A program made the translations under genes and the position numbers. Positions 25,604 to 35,036 of a DNA stretch of 61,237 nt are shown here, in pieces; within the stretch, counting starts at the first letter, position 1, and each line of letters starts with the position of its first letter. The notes under the pieces were generated by a model, which was not told the origin of the DNA, searched no databases, and saw only the letters and a program-made list of their open reading frames with translations. Location of the stretch: the IMG/VR virus record IMGVR_UViG_3300025870_000001; one strand, given 5' to 3'. The DNA is from an uncultured virus (IMG/VR IMGVR_UViG_3300025870_000001). Its lineage: Duplodnaviria; Heunggongvirae; Uroviricota; Caudoviricetes.

Positions 25604-25837
25604 TTATTCTCCTATATAATGCTCATCAAATGTACCATAGATACGCAACTTCACATTCTTGATATGATTGCATGGTACTCTAGGGTTCTTTTTGCAATTA
25701 CAAGAAAATCCGCCATCTTCCATGGTGACGGTTCCTTTTGCGTATGGCCATTGCGTTCCTACCATCCAGTGGCCAGATGTCTGTATAATATGAGTAGGAA
25801 AAACTGTCATGGTTTGAAACTTTCTATCAGGTTCCAT
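25604..25837 (-). CDS. SWIM-type zinc finger protein
   Basis: FSCNC..PCNHIK. Confidence 0.65.
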   Translation of the reverse strand: MEPDRKFQTMTVFPTHIIQTSGHWMVGTQWPYAKGTVTMEDGGFSCNCKKNPRVPCNHIKNVKLRIYGTFDEHYIGE

Positions 25838-26022
25838 GCTTCCTGAGTGACTTCTTCTTTTTGTTTTGAGAAGAGTGCTACGTGCTGGACTAGATCATAT
25901 TCAGATAGAAACAACAATTGATTGACTCCAGTCTGAATAGCTTCTATCTGAGTCTGGGTATCAAGAAACTCTCCATAGTCATTGTAGTAACTAGAGATTA
26001 AAGATTCCATCCAATCGTTCAT
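25807..26022 (-). CDS. Small hypothetical protein
   Basis: ATGA overlap with upstream ORF. Confidence 0.5.
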   Translation of the reverse strand: MNDWMESLISSYYNDYGEFLDTQTQIEAIQTGVNQLLFLSEYDLVQHVALFSKQKEEVTQEAWNLIESFKP

Positions 26023-26285
26023 TGTAAGTAATCCTGCTGAAGTATTTCCAGTTTCTCTAAAGGGCGCACCAACACATCTTCTGTCACTATCATGCGGCGG
26101 CCAAGGTTGTTCCATACGCAGTCTTCAGTGTAGATTTTCATCGAACCATCATCATACATAACGGTGATAAGAGTCTCTCCATCTGCATCATCGTGTATCG
26201 ATACGATCTCACCAACTGCAGTATAGTTTACATAGCGGCGCAGAAAACCCATCCCAACTTCAAACATATCATCATTTCCTTCCAT
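26019..26285 (-). CDS. Small early protein
   Basis: Behind promoter and GTGATTCG leader. Confidence 0.65.
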   Translation of the reverse strand: MEGNDDMFEVGMGFLRRYVNYTAVGEIVSIHDDADGETLITVMYDDGSMKIYTEDCVWNNLGRRMIVTEDVLVRPLEKLEILQQDYLQ

Positions 26286-26353
26286 TACGAATCACTTTCT
26301 CTCTTGTTACACCCTAAAGTACCATAACCAGCTGCCAATGTCAAGGGCAAATA

Positions 26354-26551
26354 TTAAAGATTTCCTTCATTTGCCTCACAAAAAGATTGTGAGTAATCTG
26401 GTTCGAGCATTGTGGCAATCGAAACTTCCAGTTCGAAAGTCTCTTGTGACATCTCTGACAAGTCTAAATGCGACATTTGATTGTCGAAGATACGTTCTGC
26501 ATAAGAACGTGAACAATTTAATAGATCTTGTATTTGATTGATGTAGTACAT
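26354..26551 (-). CDS. Small early protein
   Basis: Behind the 65-bp cassette. Confidence 0.65.
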   Translation of the reverse strand: MYYINQIQDLLNCSRSYAERIFDNQMSHLDLSEMSQETFELEVSIATMLEPDYSQSFCEANEGNL

Positions 26552-26649
26552 TTCGAATCACTTTCTTTCTTGTTACTCCTTAATGTAACATATGTAGTAA
26601 GCTATGTCAAGGGCCGAAGATAAATAAAATGTATTGTTAGGAGAATATC

Positions 26650-26931
26650 ATGAACATCAAAAAAGTAAAAATGTACACACAACCTAATTGCACTTTTTGT
26701 CTATCAGCAGAAGCATTGTGTGACACTAGAAACATCCAGATCGAACAGAAAATTGATATCGCCGAGAGCGTAAGAAACAAATCTAATTTGTTGAATGATT
26801 ATGAGCAAGTCCATGGATCTGGTAAGAAGCCAAGAACTGTGCCGCAAATCTGGGCATCAGAGGGTGATACTTGGGAATATGTTGGTGGATATCAAGAGCT
26901 ATTTGCTATTCTCGTTCCTGAGAGATTTTAA
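26650..26931 (+). CDS. Glutaredoxin
   Basis: CTFC active site, RTVPQI, YVGGY. Confidence 0.9.
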   Translation: MNIKKVKMYTQPNCTFCLSAEALCDTRNIQIEQKIDIAESVRNKSNLLNDYEQVHGSGKKPRTVPQIWASEGDTWEYVGGYQELFAILVPERF

Positions 26932-27032
26932 ATACTGGTACATTCGTACATGATACAAGAAACTATTTGGATAATTTTGTGGATTTGGTAGATTTGGAAA
27001 CATTTCTATCAATTCTCTAAGGTCATCATCAC

Positions 27033-27224
27033 TCAAGACATTTCACTTTCTTTTTTCACAATCCAGTCCTTTAGTTCTTCTATTTTTTGCACGTACATGT
27101 AGTATCCTGCAAGCCACTCATATTCACCACTCAACAACCACTGTTTCGCACATTGATCTACATTATTAGTGTAATTCTTGATAATGCCTTCATATTTTCT
27201 GCGAAACTTTAGTGGATCTGTCAT
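27033..27224 (-). CDS. Small hypothetical protein
   Basis: Operon spacing. Confidence 0.55.
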   Translation of the reverse strand: MTDPLKFRRKYEGIIKNYTNNVDQCAKQWLLSGEYEWLAGYYMYVQKIEELKDWIVKKESEMS

Positions 27225-27225
27225 A

Positions 27226-27579
27226 TTAGCGCCTCATGCTTGCAATGTCTTTTGCGTCTTCTTTCTTATCCGCAAAGATAGGAACCATATTAGATTTGTG
27301 CATTGTGGCAACACCTAATAATTGACGCTCACCACTATATATGTTCCTGTCCTTTTTAGAACCATTTCCACAAATCACATCGCTGGTTGGAATGACATTT
27401 CGGCTGTCCGATTTGTAGTTGGGTAAATCGTGTCGGTATTCAGTCTTAACCACACTGACACCCATGCGTTTTAGGAATTTTGCATGATCTGCCTCTGCTC
27501 TTTTCAGAGATTGTGATTTTGACTTTTTCTTTTTAGATTTTCCATGTACCTGTACACCTCTAATCATATGCATACTCAT
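27226..27579 (-). CDS. Conserved-looking basic phage protein
   Basis: YSG..LLGVATMHKSNMVPI..AKDIASMRR. Confidence 0.75.
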   Translation of the reverse strand: MSMHMIRGVQVHGKSKKKKSKSQSLKRAEADHAKFLKRMGVSVVKTEYRHDLPNYKSDSRNVIPTSDVICGNGSKKDRNIYSGERQLLGVATMHKSNMVPIFADKKEDAKDIASMRR

Positions 27580-27732
27580 ATTCGCTCCTCTGCATCATAA
27601 AAATTACTTCTTGACTTTATTTTACCACAATTATCACATGCTGTCAAGAGGTAAGGGATTCTCCATCCACTTTCACTGTAGACAGCACCTTCTATTTGTT
27701 GTATCTTTGGATTATTACAACAACCACTAATA

Positions 27733-28245
27733 CTAAAGGATTGCTGCGTATGCCCATTCGGGGTGGGTTGACTTGGCTCTTCCATTTGCGACTCCATCTG
27801 CTCCAAAACTTGCTGCCCAACTCTCTGGTTTTAGTTTTGGTTCTATTCCTGTCATACCTAATACATAACCAGCTGCCTCTTGTGCAACACAATTGCTTCC
27901 ATGTTTTGGATCTGTGTTGATATCAAGATGCACCTCAACCTCATATTCATCAATAAACGGTATCACCTGATGATACAGCTCACATACTTTTCTCACCTCA
28001 TTCAATAATCTCATTTTTGGTCGTGATTTCTTTATGTCAAAGTCTTTTTCGTATGAGATGTTAGAAAATATCTTACATCCTTTGTTTCCATTCATATGCA
28101 CAATCAAAACAGTAGCATATCTGGCCATACGAGTGCCTTTTTTGTCTATAAACCTGATGGAATCGCATCCAAGGTATACTTTTGTGTCTGTAGATAGTTT
28201 TGAGAGTAAATCTACCAAGTTTTCTATGTCAAATTCTGTTAGCAT
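27733..28245 (-). CDS. RNase H-like YkuK (DUF458) family protein
   Basis: VYLGCDS, ATVLIVH..G..G, RLLNEV, EVHLDIN..SN, AAS..AD. Confidence 0.8.
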   Translation of the reverse strand: MLTEFDIENLVDLLSKLSTDTKVYLGCDSIRFIDKKGTRMARYATVLIVHMNGNKGCKIFSNISYEKDFDIKKSRPKMRLLNEVRKVCELYHQVIPFIDEYEVEVHLDINTDPKHGSNCVAQEAAGYVLGMTGIEPKLKPESWAASFGADGVANGRAKSTHPEWAYAAIL

Positions 28246-28246
28246 A

Positions 28247-28780
28247 TCATCTCCACTTAGGATTTGGGTAAAATTTGGTATCATCTCCATCATTGTCGAA
28301 CAGATACCAACAACTATTGTCTTTTCCAGTGTGTTTACTGTCTTCTATCCACTTGACACGCCCAATTGATACTACCTTTCTACAGAGTGGTAGAAATGGC
28401 ACTGCCTGTTTGGTATGAATCCAATCAGCATCAAACAAAAACCATGTTGGTTTCTGTCTAGAGAAATGTTCTATCATCGGATGGAGTAACCACCTAGACC
28501 AAGGCGGATTTGTGATAATTATATCTGTCGCATCTGGTACTTGTACATCAAATGCGTCCATTTGGCCAACCCAATCACATTGTGGCTCAATATCTGTGTG
28601 GCCCATAGAAACACCAGACGATAGTTTGTGCAAAAACTCCACGAGTCTACCGTCACCGGCACATGGTTCATAGAATTTGAATGGATTTTTTGGTAAAAAT
28701 GGAATGAGAGGCATAACAGCTGCCTCTGGGGTCGGGTAAAAATCATTTTTTCTGTGTTCGAATACGCTTCTTTTACCCAT
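28247..28780 (-). CDS. Amino (N6-adenine-type) DNA methyltransferase
   Basis: DFYPTP, EPCAGDG (motif I), IITNPPW (motif IV). Confidence 0.85.
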   Translation of the reverse strand: MGKRSVFEHRKNDFYPTPEAAVMPLIPFLPKNPFKFYEPCAGDGRLVEFLHKLSSGVSMGHTDIEPQCDWVGQMDAFDVQVPDATDIIITNPPWSRWLLHPMIEHFSRQKPTWFLFDADWIHTKQAVPFLPLCRKVVSIGRVKWIEDSKHTGKDNSCWYLFDNDGDDTKFYPNPKWR

Positions 28781-28795
28781 AATGTCTTATCTATC

Positions 28796-29032
28796 TCACT
28801 TTTTCTTTAATAACGATTTCAATTTGTCTTTATCAGACATTTTTGGCGGATTTTTCTCTTCATACCGCATTCTTTTTATTCTTTCCAATTCTTCTATTGG
28901 AACTGTTCTATTTCTTGGGTGATATTGAGGATATTCATAACAAAACCTTTTGATGGCTCTGCGAACTAACCATGTCTTATGCTCAATTCTGGTTATTCTC
29001 TCATCCATGTTAGCACTGTTTGCAACAATCAT
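28796..29032 (-). CDS. Small basic hypothetical protein
   Basis: Packed run; start uncertain. Confidence 0.5.
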   Translation of the reverse strand: MIVANSANMDERITRIEHKTWLVRRAIKRFCYEYPQYHPRNRTVPIEELERIKRMRYEEKNPPKMSDKDKLKSLLKKK

Positions 29033-29336
29033 CGGTGCCGCAACTAGAATGTTCTTCTATTGGCCCGTTATTTTCTCCATAATATCCGTACTCATCAAAT
29101 TTTTTATCGAATTTAGTAAGATAGTCTGCCGATTTTAAATCATCATATGCGACATCGTTCCATTTTTTACTAAATCCAGTAGTAAGACGATGAATTTCGT
29201 CTTCCATGTCTTCAATTTTGAGCTGTAACTCTTTTATCTTTTCAATCATATTAGTTGGGGTTCCATAATGCACCCCATCTTCTTCATATGTTGGTTCAGA
29301 TACTGATCTAACTTGTAGTGCCATTGGTTTTTCCAT
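29010..29336 (-). CDS. Hypothetical protein with C-terminal Cys cluster
   Basis: HSSCGTDDCCKQC. Confidence 0.65.
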   Translation of the reverse strand: MEKPMALQVRSVSEPTYEEDGVHYGTPTNMIEKIKELQLKIEDMEDEIHRLTTGFSKKWNDVAYDDLKSADYLTKFDKKFDEYGYYGENNGPIEEHSSCGTDDCCKQC

Positions 29337-29592
29337 ATATAGAGTTTATCTGATTGTGAAATCTATCGTCTAGATATGCTTTACTCGCCGCCTCAAAGTT
29401 TTTATCTATCATTTCTAAGTTTATGAGTTCGATAAGATTTTCTGCAACCCTCTTTTTTTGAGGGCCACAACTATTTATATAGATGAACAAATCCATGTCA
29501 GTATTGCAACCCCAAATTTCATCCAACACAAAATGATATTGTTTTGGAATATCTTTGATAGAAAATGACATGTTTGCTCCTTCTCCAGACAT
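29308..29592 (-). CDS. Hypothetical protein
   Basis: Packed run. Confidence 0.55.
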   Translation of the reverse strand: MSGEGANMSFSIKDIPKQYHFVLDEIWGCNTDMDLFIYINSCGPQKKRVAENLIELINLEMIDKNFEAASKAYLDDRFHNQINSIYGKTNGTTS

Positions 29593-29598
29593 GGTTAT

Positions 29599-30135
29599 TT
29601 ATTTTCCTTTCATTCTGTAGAATATGTGAGAACCAATTCTGGTAACTCTATCAAATGATGGAGCCCAATATGGAGTAGTATAATTCGCATGATAGTGGGT
29701 AGACCCCTCTGTTATGCCAACATATGCGCCGTGGACATAAAAATCTCTAGCATATTTTCTAGAACGTTCCCATGATGTGATGTCTTTTGGTACATCAGAT
29801 TTGCCATCACAATACCAAGAGAATTGACATTTGTTTCTCTTCATAGAACCATCAGAATTCTTATGTCCTTGCCTCACTACTTCACACATTGTATTAGGAT
29901 ACTTCGTACTCAAAACTCTATTTAAAACAACGTCTGAGACTGCCATAGCGTCTGCTAGAGACACGCCTCTGGTTTCGTAGTAGATGTTCAGTGCAACACA
30001 TTCTAGTTCTCTAGCGTTTTCGTGAGCAAACGGTTCAGATGCCTGAGAGTATGTCGCCCCTATGCTTGCAACAATACCAATATTCAATGCAAGTGCAATA
30101 GCAATCTTAGTCTTCTTTTTTACGGACGCTAACAT
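29599..30135 (-). CDS. SleB-like cell wall hydrolase (Hydrolase_2)
   Basis: CVALNIYYETRG, VLNRV..YP..C.VV.Q, CQFSWYCDG, THYHA..PYWA, IGSHIFY; N-terminal TM. Confidence 0.92.
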   Translation of the reverse strand: MLASVKKKTKIAIALALNIGIVASIGATYSQASEPFAHENARELECVALNIYYETRGVSLADAMAVSDVVLNRVLSTKYPNTMCEVVRQGHKNSDGSMKRNKCQFSWYCDGKSDVPKDITSWERSRKYARDFYVHGAYVGITEGSTHYHANYTTPYWAPSFDRVTRIGSHIFYRMKGK

Positions 30136-30379
30136 AACCATCTTGTGTACTCTCCCATAACAATGTATCACCAATATCCCAACCCATTTGATTGAGAAGC
30201 TCAACAGGAAAGGGCAAAACTAATTCCTCGCCATCTTTTTCTACAGTAAGCGTAAATTTTGCCTTATCGTCTTCTTCACGCATACGCCGTTTCATGTATT
30301 CGTGATATCGTTCTTGTGGTTCATCTCCATTGACTGCCTCAAAGGAAGGATAACCTTTTTCATATACTGGTTCTTTCAT
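30107..30379 (-). CDS. AbrB-like domain protein
   Basis: ELVLPFP.ELL..MGW..GDTL.W. Confidence 0.65.
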   Translation of the reverse strand: MKEPVYEKGYPSFEAVNGDEPQERYHEYMKRRMREEDDKAKFTLTVEKDGEELVLPFPVELLNQMGWDIGDTLLWESTQDGYVSVRKKED

Positions 30380-30394
30380 TACTACCTCATTTTA

Positions 30395-30478
30395 TGGTGG
30401 GCCGGCATGGAATCGAACCATGCGTGAGTTTCCTCGGCGGAGTTACAGTCCGCTGCCACACCTTGTAGCATCCGACCC
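30395..30478 (-). tRNA. tRNA-Tyr(GUA), atypical D-arm
   Basis: GGGTCGG/CCGGCCC acceptor, anticodon GTA, long variable arm, TTCGA loop, A73-CCA. Confidence 0.85.
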
Positions 30479-30692
30479 TTTTATTAGAATGAATCTAACA
30501 GACTCGAAACTTGTTTCTCTAGGTCGACGTTTTGCTGTTCTATTTCGTCAATTTCTCTTCTGAGATCATCAACTCGCATCTTTCGCTCTTCCATAACCTG
30601 TTTCAATTCAGCTAGAATTACTGATAATTTTTCTGTTAACTCCTGTGCCATTTCAATTTACTTTCTTAATATACACTAATGATTCTGTTTTG

Positions 30693-31358
30693 TCAATAAG
30701 TTTCTATGACTTTATCGGCAATACCGTGTTCAATTGCTTCTTCTGGCGTCATCCACATGTCAGATTCTGGTAAAAGGTGTTTTCTAATATAGTCTTTCTT
30801 CTTACCAGTACATTTCTTATAGTGTTCTATAAGTTTCTCTGATGAAATTTCGAACTGTTTGATTTTTGCATACAGTTCATGCTCTTTACCGCCAGATCCC
30901 CAACTATACTGGTGCGACATGATACTTGTGTTTTGGGTTAAATATCTATGACCCTTTTCGCCACTCATCATTAACAACACACCGCACGATGCAATTGAGC
31001 CCATACCATATGTGTATACTGGTATCTTGGACTGTTTGATTACATCAATTAAGTGAAATGCAGACGCAACTTGTCCGCCAGGCGAATTTATGTATAGGTG
31101 TATAATTGGTGGTGCCTTTGGTGCAGGCATTAAATTATACTCCATAATCATTTTCACCAAGGGCATACAGTTTTCCTGATTGAACTCCTTATCCATAAAG
31201 ATAATACCATTCTCTTTTAGAACAGTGCCTGGAGGCTTCTCAAACGTCATATCACGTGGCATAGGTTCCTGTGGGGGAACCTGTGTGATTGTGTCTGGAA
31301 TTAGTATAGTTTTGACTTCGACTTCTTCTTCTTTTACTTTTTTATTCTTTTTAGCCAT
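30693..31358 (-). CDS. clpP: ClpP-like serine protease subunit
   Basis: LYINSPGG, IASCG (catalytic Ser), IMSHQ (His), D.WMTPEEAIEHGIAD. Confidence 0.9.
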   Translation of the reverse strand: MAKKNKKVKEEEVEVKTILIPDTITQVPPQEPMPRDMTFEKPPGTVLKENGIIFMDKEFNQENCMPLVKMIMEYNLMPAPKAPPIIHLYINSPGGQVASAFHLIDVIKQSKIPVYTYGMGSIASCGVLLMMSGEKGHRYLTQNTSIMSHQYSWGSGGKEHELYAKIKQFEISSEKLIEHYKKCTGKKKDYIRKHLLPESDMWMTPEEAIEHGIADKVIETY

Positions 31359-31360
31359 TA

Positions 31361-32332
31361 TTATTTCTCTTTAATTTGTCTTTCGAATTCTCTTAGACGT
31401 TTGTATACACTCGCCAATTCAATAATAGTTGGCCAAGCCTTTAATAGATATTGCATAGAACCTTCTACTCTACCAAATGCACGAATAATTTGTTGCATCA
31501 CTCCTAATGTGACTACACCGGCAACTATCGCAGGAGCAAGAAATACATATGCACTCAATACATTTGCCTGAAGATATGCTACTCTGCCTACATTAAAGTA
31601 TAGGTATCTTATATATGATTTAAAATGGATGCCTCTGACATCTTGAAACAACTCATTGATTGTCTTGGGCCTGACAGTTTCATCATCTTCTGCGATAACT
31701 AATATCTTGCGATATGCTGCTTCTTTCTTTTGTAGGTCATACTCTACTCCTACTAGACGCAACAACCAACCCAATCCAACTAAAAATAATGTGCCGCCAA
31801 TGCTCCAAACCAATGCACCTGTCACAAGGCCATACTGCCAATCTCCGAAGAAGAAGATAGGAATGCCTATGCTCAGTCCAAGTAGAATAGGCACAAACTG
31901 CACTAAGACCATAATAGATTCTATGAAACTAGTTCCAAGACTTTCCATAATTCGACTGAATTTGATTGTGTCTTCTTGTACCCTCTGGGCTGCACCTTCA
32001 ATTGTACGTGCCTTGTCGTATACAGAGTGATACCATTCTACCATGGCAGTTCGCCATCTGAATAGAAAATGTGCGGTGAAAAAACTAATTGCAACTGCGA
32101 TTGCAACATATATTGCGGCAAGGTATATAAAACTACCTAAACTAGCCCAATATTCTGTGATTGTGATTGCATTAGGTTCTCCCAATGCTTTTTGGATCAT
32201 GTCGTAAAACTGCCCAAACCATTCATTTATTTTTACATCAATTTGTACTTGTACCCAAAGTGATGATAAGATTATTGCAGAACCAATCCAACTCCATAAT
32301 AACCACTTCTTTTCAGTATAAAATCTAAACAT
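31361..32332 (-). CDS. SbmA/BacA-like peptide transporter
   Basis: INEWFGQFYDMIQKAL, FRWRTAM, IEGAAQRVQEDT, EAAYRK.LV..ED, W.TIIEL.SVYKRLREFE. Confidence 0.9.
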   Translation of the reverse strand: MFRFYTEKKWLLWSWIGSAIILSSLWVQVQIDVKINEWFGQFYDMIQKALGEPNAITITEYWASLGSFIYLAAIYVAIAVAISFFTAHFLFRWRTAMVEWYHSVYDKARTIEGAAQRVQEDTIKFSRIMESLGTSFIESIMVLVQFVPILLGLSIGIPIFFFGDWQYGLVTGALVWSIGGTLFLVGLGWLLRLVGVEYDLQKKEAAYRKILVIAEDDETVRPKTINELFQDVRGIHFKSYIRYLYFNVGRVAYLQANVLSAYVFLAPAIVAGVVTLGVMQQIIRAFGRVEGSMQYLLKAWPTIIELASVYKRLREFERQIKEK

Positions 32333-32346
32333 TATATTTCCCTTTT

Positions 32347-32802
32347 CTAATTTTTAACGGGCCCCACTATCATATTTGGTCTGGTTGGATATAGTTCAAT
32401 TCGTATTTGTTGTCCAGAACCAGACGGGCCCTCGGCCATCTCGCCAGAAATCTCAACGCCCTTCTTTGCGTCCTCTCCAGCTTCTGCCAGCTTCTTTGCC
32501 GCATCCCTTGTATATGGAAACTGATATAATCTATGTTTATGTTCTTCTTTCTGATAAATCCACAAATATATCGTTTCATTTCCTTTCATTGTGTGATGTA
32601 TGTACTTAAATTCTCCGATAGGCGTTCCTTCTACCGGCGTTCCTAAATTATCTGATACCCAATAGATAAATGCAGACAAAAAGAATACGGAAAATGGTAG
32701 AGAAACCAGTTTCAGTGTAAAGTCTAATTCAGAGTAGTATATCAATATTGCGATTATAATACACAATATGATACAAAATGCTATTACTGCCTGAAATATC
32801 AT
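32347..32802 (-). CDS. Two-TM membrane protein
   Basis: Two hydrophobic helices then LG.P..., IYLW, RLYQFPY; ATGA overlap. Confidence 0.7.
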   Translation of the reverse strand: MIFQAVIAFCIILCIIIAILIYYSELDFTLKLVSLPFSVFFLSAFIYWVSDNLGTPVEGTPIGEFKYIHHTMKGNETIYLWIYQKEEHKHRLYQFPYTRDAAKKLAEAGEDAKKGVEISGEMAEGPSGSGQQIRIELYPTRPNMIVGPVKN

Positions 32803-33509
32803 GGCCCGAACCCCCATTGAACACCATCCCACACCTGTTCATTTATTCTGTTCGCTGGTGATATATTCATAAATGTAGGTGATACTGGCTCTGGTGTGTG
32901 TTCTGCAATACCTTTATAATACAGAGGTATCTGAACGTCTGTCCTAATATCGTTTACAACCCCATTACGATTCACCAAGAATGATGCTATAGTAGTTTCT
33001 TGTCTAAATGATAGTGTGGTTTTAAGAGTAAATATATTACTAAATGGTGTCATTTTGATTAAAGTTACCTCTACTGGAACTGGATAGTCTTCTCCATCCT
33101 TTAAAGGTTTGTTGTGATTATAATTATGAACATTGATAAAATACTCACCTTCCAGTATTGTATTTATCATCAGGGTTTCAATGTTTCTGCGAATGATTTT
33201 TGGTTCTCCATTTATCATTACAAAATCGTTACTGATGCCAAGGTCATCTCTTTCCAATACCATATAATTTCCATCTTTTTGTTTGAAGCTGACAATAGTT
33301 CCTTCTGGGCCCTGTACCCATAAATCGATATCGATGCTGGAATTGTCTGGCCATTGGACATTTATTATAAATTCGGTTACTGGATCTATTTTACCATCGT
33401 CTGCAATTGGATTGATCAGCAAGAATGCTATCAATAATAAACTAACAAATCCGACTAGCAGATTAAATAATAGATCAACAAACCCTAAGTTTGTACTGTA
33501 TTTTCTCAT
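32799..33509 (-). CDS. ExbD/TolR/MotB-like TM anchor plus YfaP/DUF2135-like periplasmic domain
   Basis: FVDLLFNLLVGF (intramembrane Asp); W..DIDLWV.GP.G, LERDD.G, GEY.INVHNY. Confidence 0.7.
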   Translation of the reverse strand: MRKYSTNLGFVDLLFNLLVGFVSLLLIAFLLINPIADDGKIDPVTEFIINVQWPDNSSIDIDLWVQGPEGTIVSFKQKDGNYMVLERDDLGISNDFVMINGEPKIIRRNIETLMINTILEGEYFINVHNYNHNKPLKDGEDYPVPVEVTLIKMTPFSNIFTLKTTLSFRQETTIASFLVNRNGVVNDIRTDVQIPLYYKGIAEHTPEPVSPTFMNISPANRINEQVWDGVQWGFGP

Positions 33510-33988
33510 TACACATTGCCACCATCGCTATCCAACAGTACTAGTTGAAATTTAAGAATGATTGAAGATAATAGTCCAGTTAATGATGTTATTAAAGCAA
33601 TACCCATTCCAGACGCCAATTCTCCAATGACAGTTTTAAGTTCTTCTGGAGTATATCCCTCAATGCTAGTGAATGTTGACGTAAGAACAATTAAGAAACC
33701 CACTAATGTTCCGACCATACCAATAGATAATACAGCATCAGAAAAATACCAAAGAGGTTCGATTGAACTTTTCTTGGGAGGGCTTTCTTTAAACTGTAAA
33801 TTGTATGAATGTCTCCCAACACTGATGCTGCAAGCCATGAGGATAGTCAATATTAATAAACTTATTTTAGTACCATCTTGCACTAAAAGATAATTCGAAA
33901 TGTTGATATAGTATTCGGCGATTGCACAAAGAACCGCAACTATCACAACAGTAGTCCACCATTTCCAAAAAGTCATATTATACTCCAA
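33509..33988 (-). CDS. MotA/TolQ/ExbB proton-channel family protein
   Basis: IGMVGTLVGFL and GMGIALITSLTGL helices. Confidence 0.82.
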   Translation of the reverse strand: MEYNMTFWKWWTTVVIVAVLCAIAEYYINISNYLLVQDGTKISLLILTILMACSISVGRHSYNLQFKESPPKKSSIEPLWYFSDAVLSIGMVGTLVGFLIVLTSTFTSIEGYTPEELKTVIGELASGMGIALITSLTGLLSSIILKFQLVLLDSDGGNV

Positions 33989-34026
33989 TTCTATTTGTGT
34001 GTCTCTTATTTAGTTCATATAATTAT

Positions 34027-34034
34027 TATAAATA
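34027..34034 (+). promoter_or_regulatory. T4-type late promoter
   Basis: TATAAATA ~20 nt before ATG 34055. Confidence 0.7.
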
Positions 34035-34054
34035 TTTCTTTGGAAGGAAATATA

Positions 34055-34852
34055 ATGAAACTAATTAAAATTATTCCTATCTTGTTTGCGTTAACAATAA
34101 TTCTAACGACAACAAACACATCAGCACACGAAAATCATCCATATGATATTAAGTATGAACAAGATACCCCATGGGGCCCAATGTTACAATTTAAAGGATC
34201 TTTTGTAGCAGGATTATCTGAAGCATTTATCAATGCATTAGCAGCTCATCCAGATACTAAAATTATATCTATGAATTCGCCAGGGGGCCTGTTATCAGAG
34301 GCATATAAGGTTGGAACAGTATTCTCTAACTGGAATGTGGATGTATGGGTGCCGAGGAATGCAGCATGTATATCCGCATGTGCGCTCGCATTTCTGGGTG
34401 GCGTAGAATATCATGTGAGTGGACTTCTCGCATTTCATGCTCCGTGGCTACCACAATATGATGGAGAAATGAAATTGCAAGACATATATTCGCAAGGACA
34501 AAGCACAGGCGCATGGCAATCATATTATTTTGCTGCCAATGGATTCAGAGCACAACTATATCAAATGATCGCACAATATACAAATAGAGACACATTTATT
34601 ATGTTCGTGAATACTTGGGATTTAGAATACTTTCTTATGAAACCAGAAAGAACATATACTGAATATCTAGAACAAAAAGCAGTTCCCCCCACAGTTATGC
34701 AGGGGGATGGAGAGCTAATACAAGCTATCATGCAAAGGAAAACCTTAGAAGTTCTAAGGAATATGGGCGAATTTAATTATCAAGGAAGTGGGGCTAGGTT
34801 GCCTTCTTATATTGAGTTGAAAAAACGCCTTCAGTCTGGTTCAATGCAGTAA
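34055..34852 (+). CDS. Secreted ClpP/crotonase-fold (COG3904-like) protein
   Basis: Signal peptide; MNSPGG, ACISACALAFLGG, AFHAP. Confidence 0.7.
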   Translation: MKLIKIIPILFALTIILTTTNTSAHENHPYDIKYEQDTPWGPMLQFKGSFVAGLSEAFINALAAHPDTKIISMNSPGGLLSEAYKVGTVFSNWNVDVWVPRNAACISACALAFLGGVEYHVSGLLAFHAPWLPQYDGEMKLQDIYSQGQSTGAWQSYYFAANGFRAQLYQMIAQYTNRDTFIMFVNTWDLEYFLMKPERTYTEYLEQKAVPPTVMQGDGELIQAIMQRKTLEVLRNMGEFNYQGSGARLPSYIELKKRLQSGSMQ

Positions 34853-35036
34853 CCATATCCTTAAACATCTTGGGGGTCATTGCGATTAAATCATATGTAG
34901 TTTGACGCTTTTCGTCGTTAAACTGCCTGATGTATACAACATCCTCAGATATAATGAGCTGAACATCTTCATGTTCAGCCGTTTCGTCCATTACTGTTGT
35001 TATAGTCGCATCGAACTCAAATTCATTTGTGAACAA
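34794..35036 (-). CDS. Small hypothetical protein
   Basis: MFT.EF..T.MDE..EDV..VYIRQ; TTG start. Confidence 0.6.
   Translation of the reverse strand: MFTNEFEFDATITTVMDETAEHEDVQLIISEDVVYIRQFNDEKRQTTYDLIAMTPKMFKDMVTALNQTEGVFSTQYKKAT

Noticed and set aside
32799..33988. Calling the pair Zorya ZorAB or flagellar MotAB
   Set aside because: No long ZorA tail, no OmpA-like peptidoglycan-binding domain, no ZorC/D/E or flagellar genes
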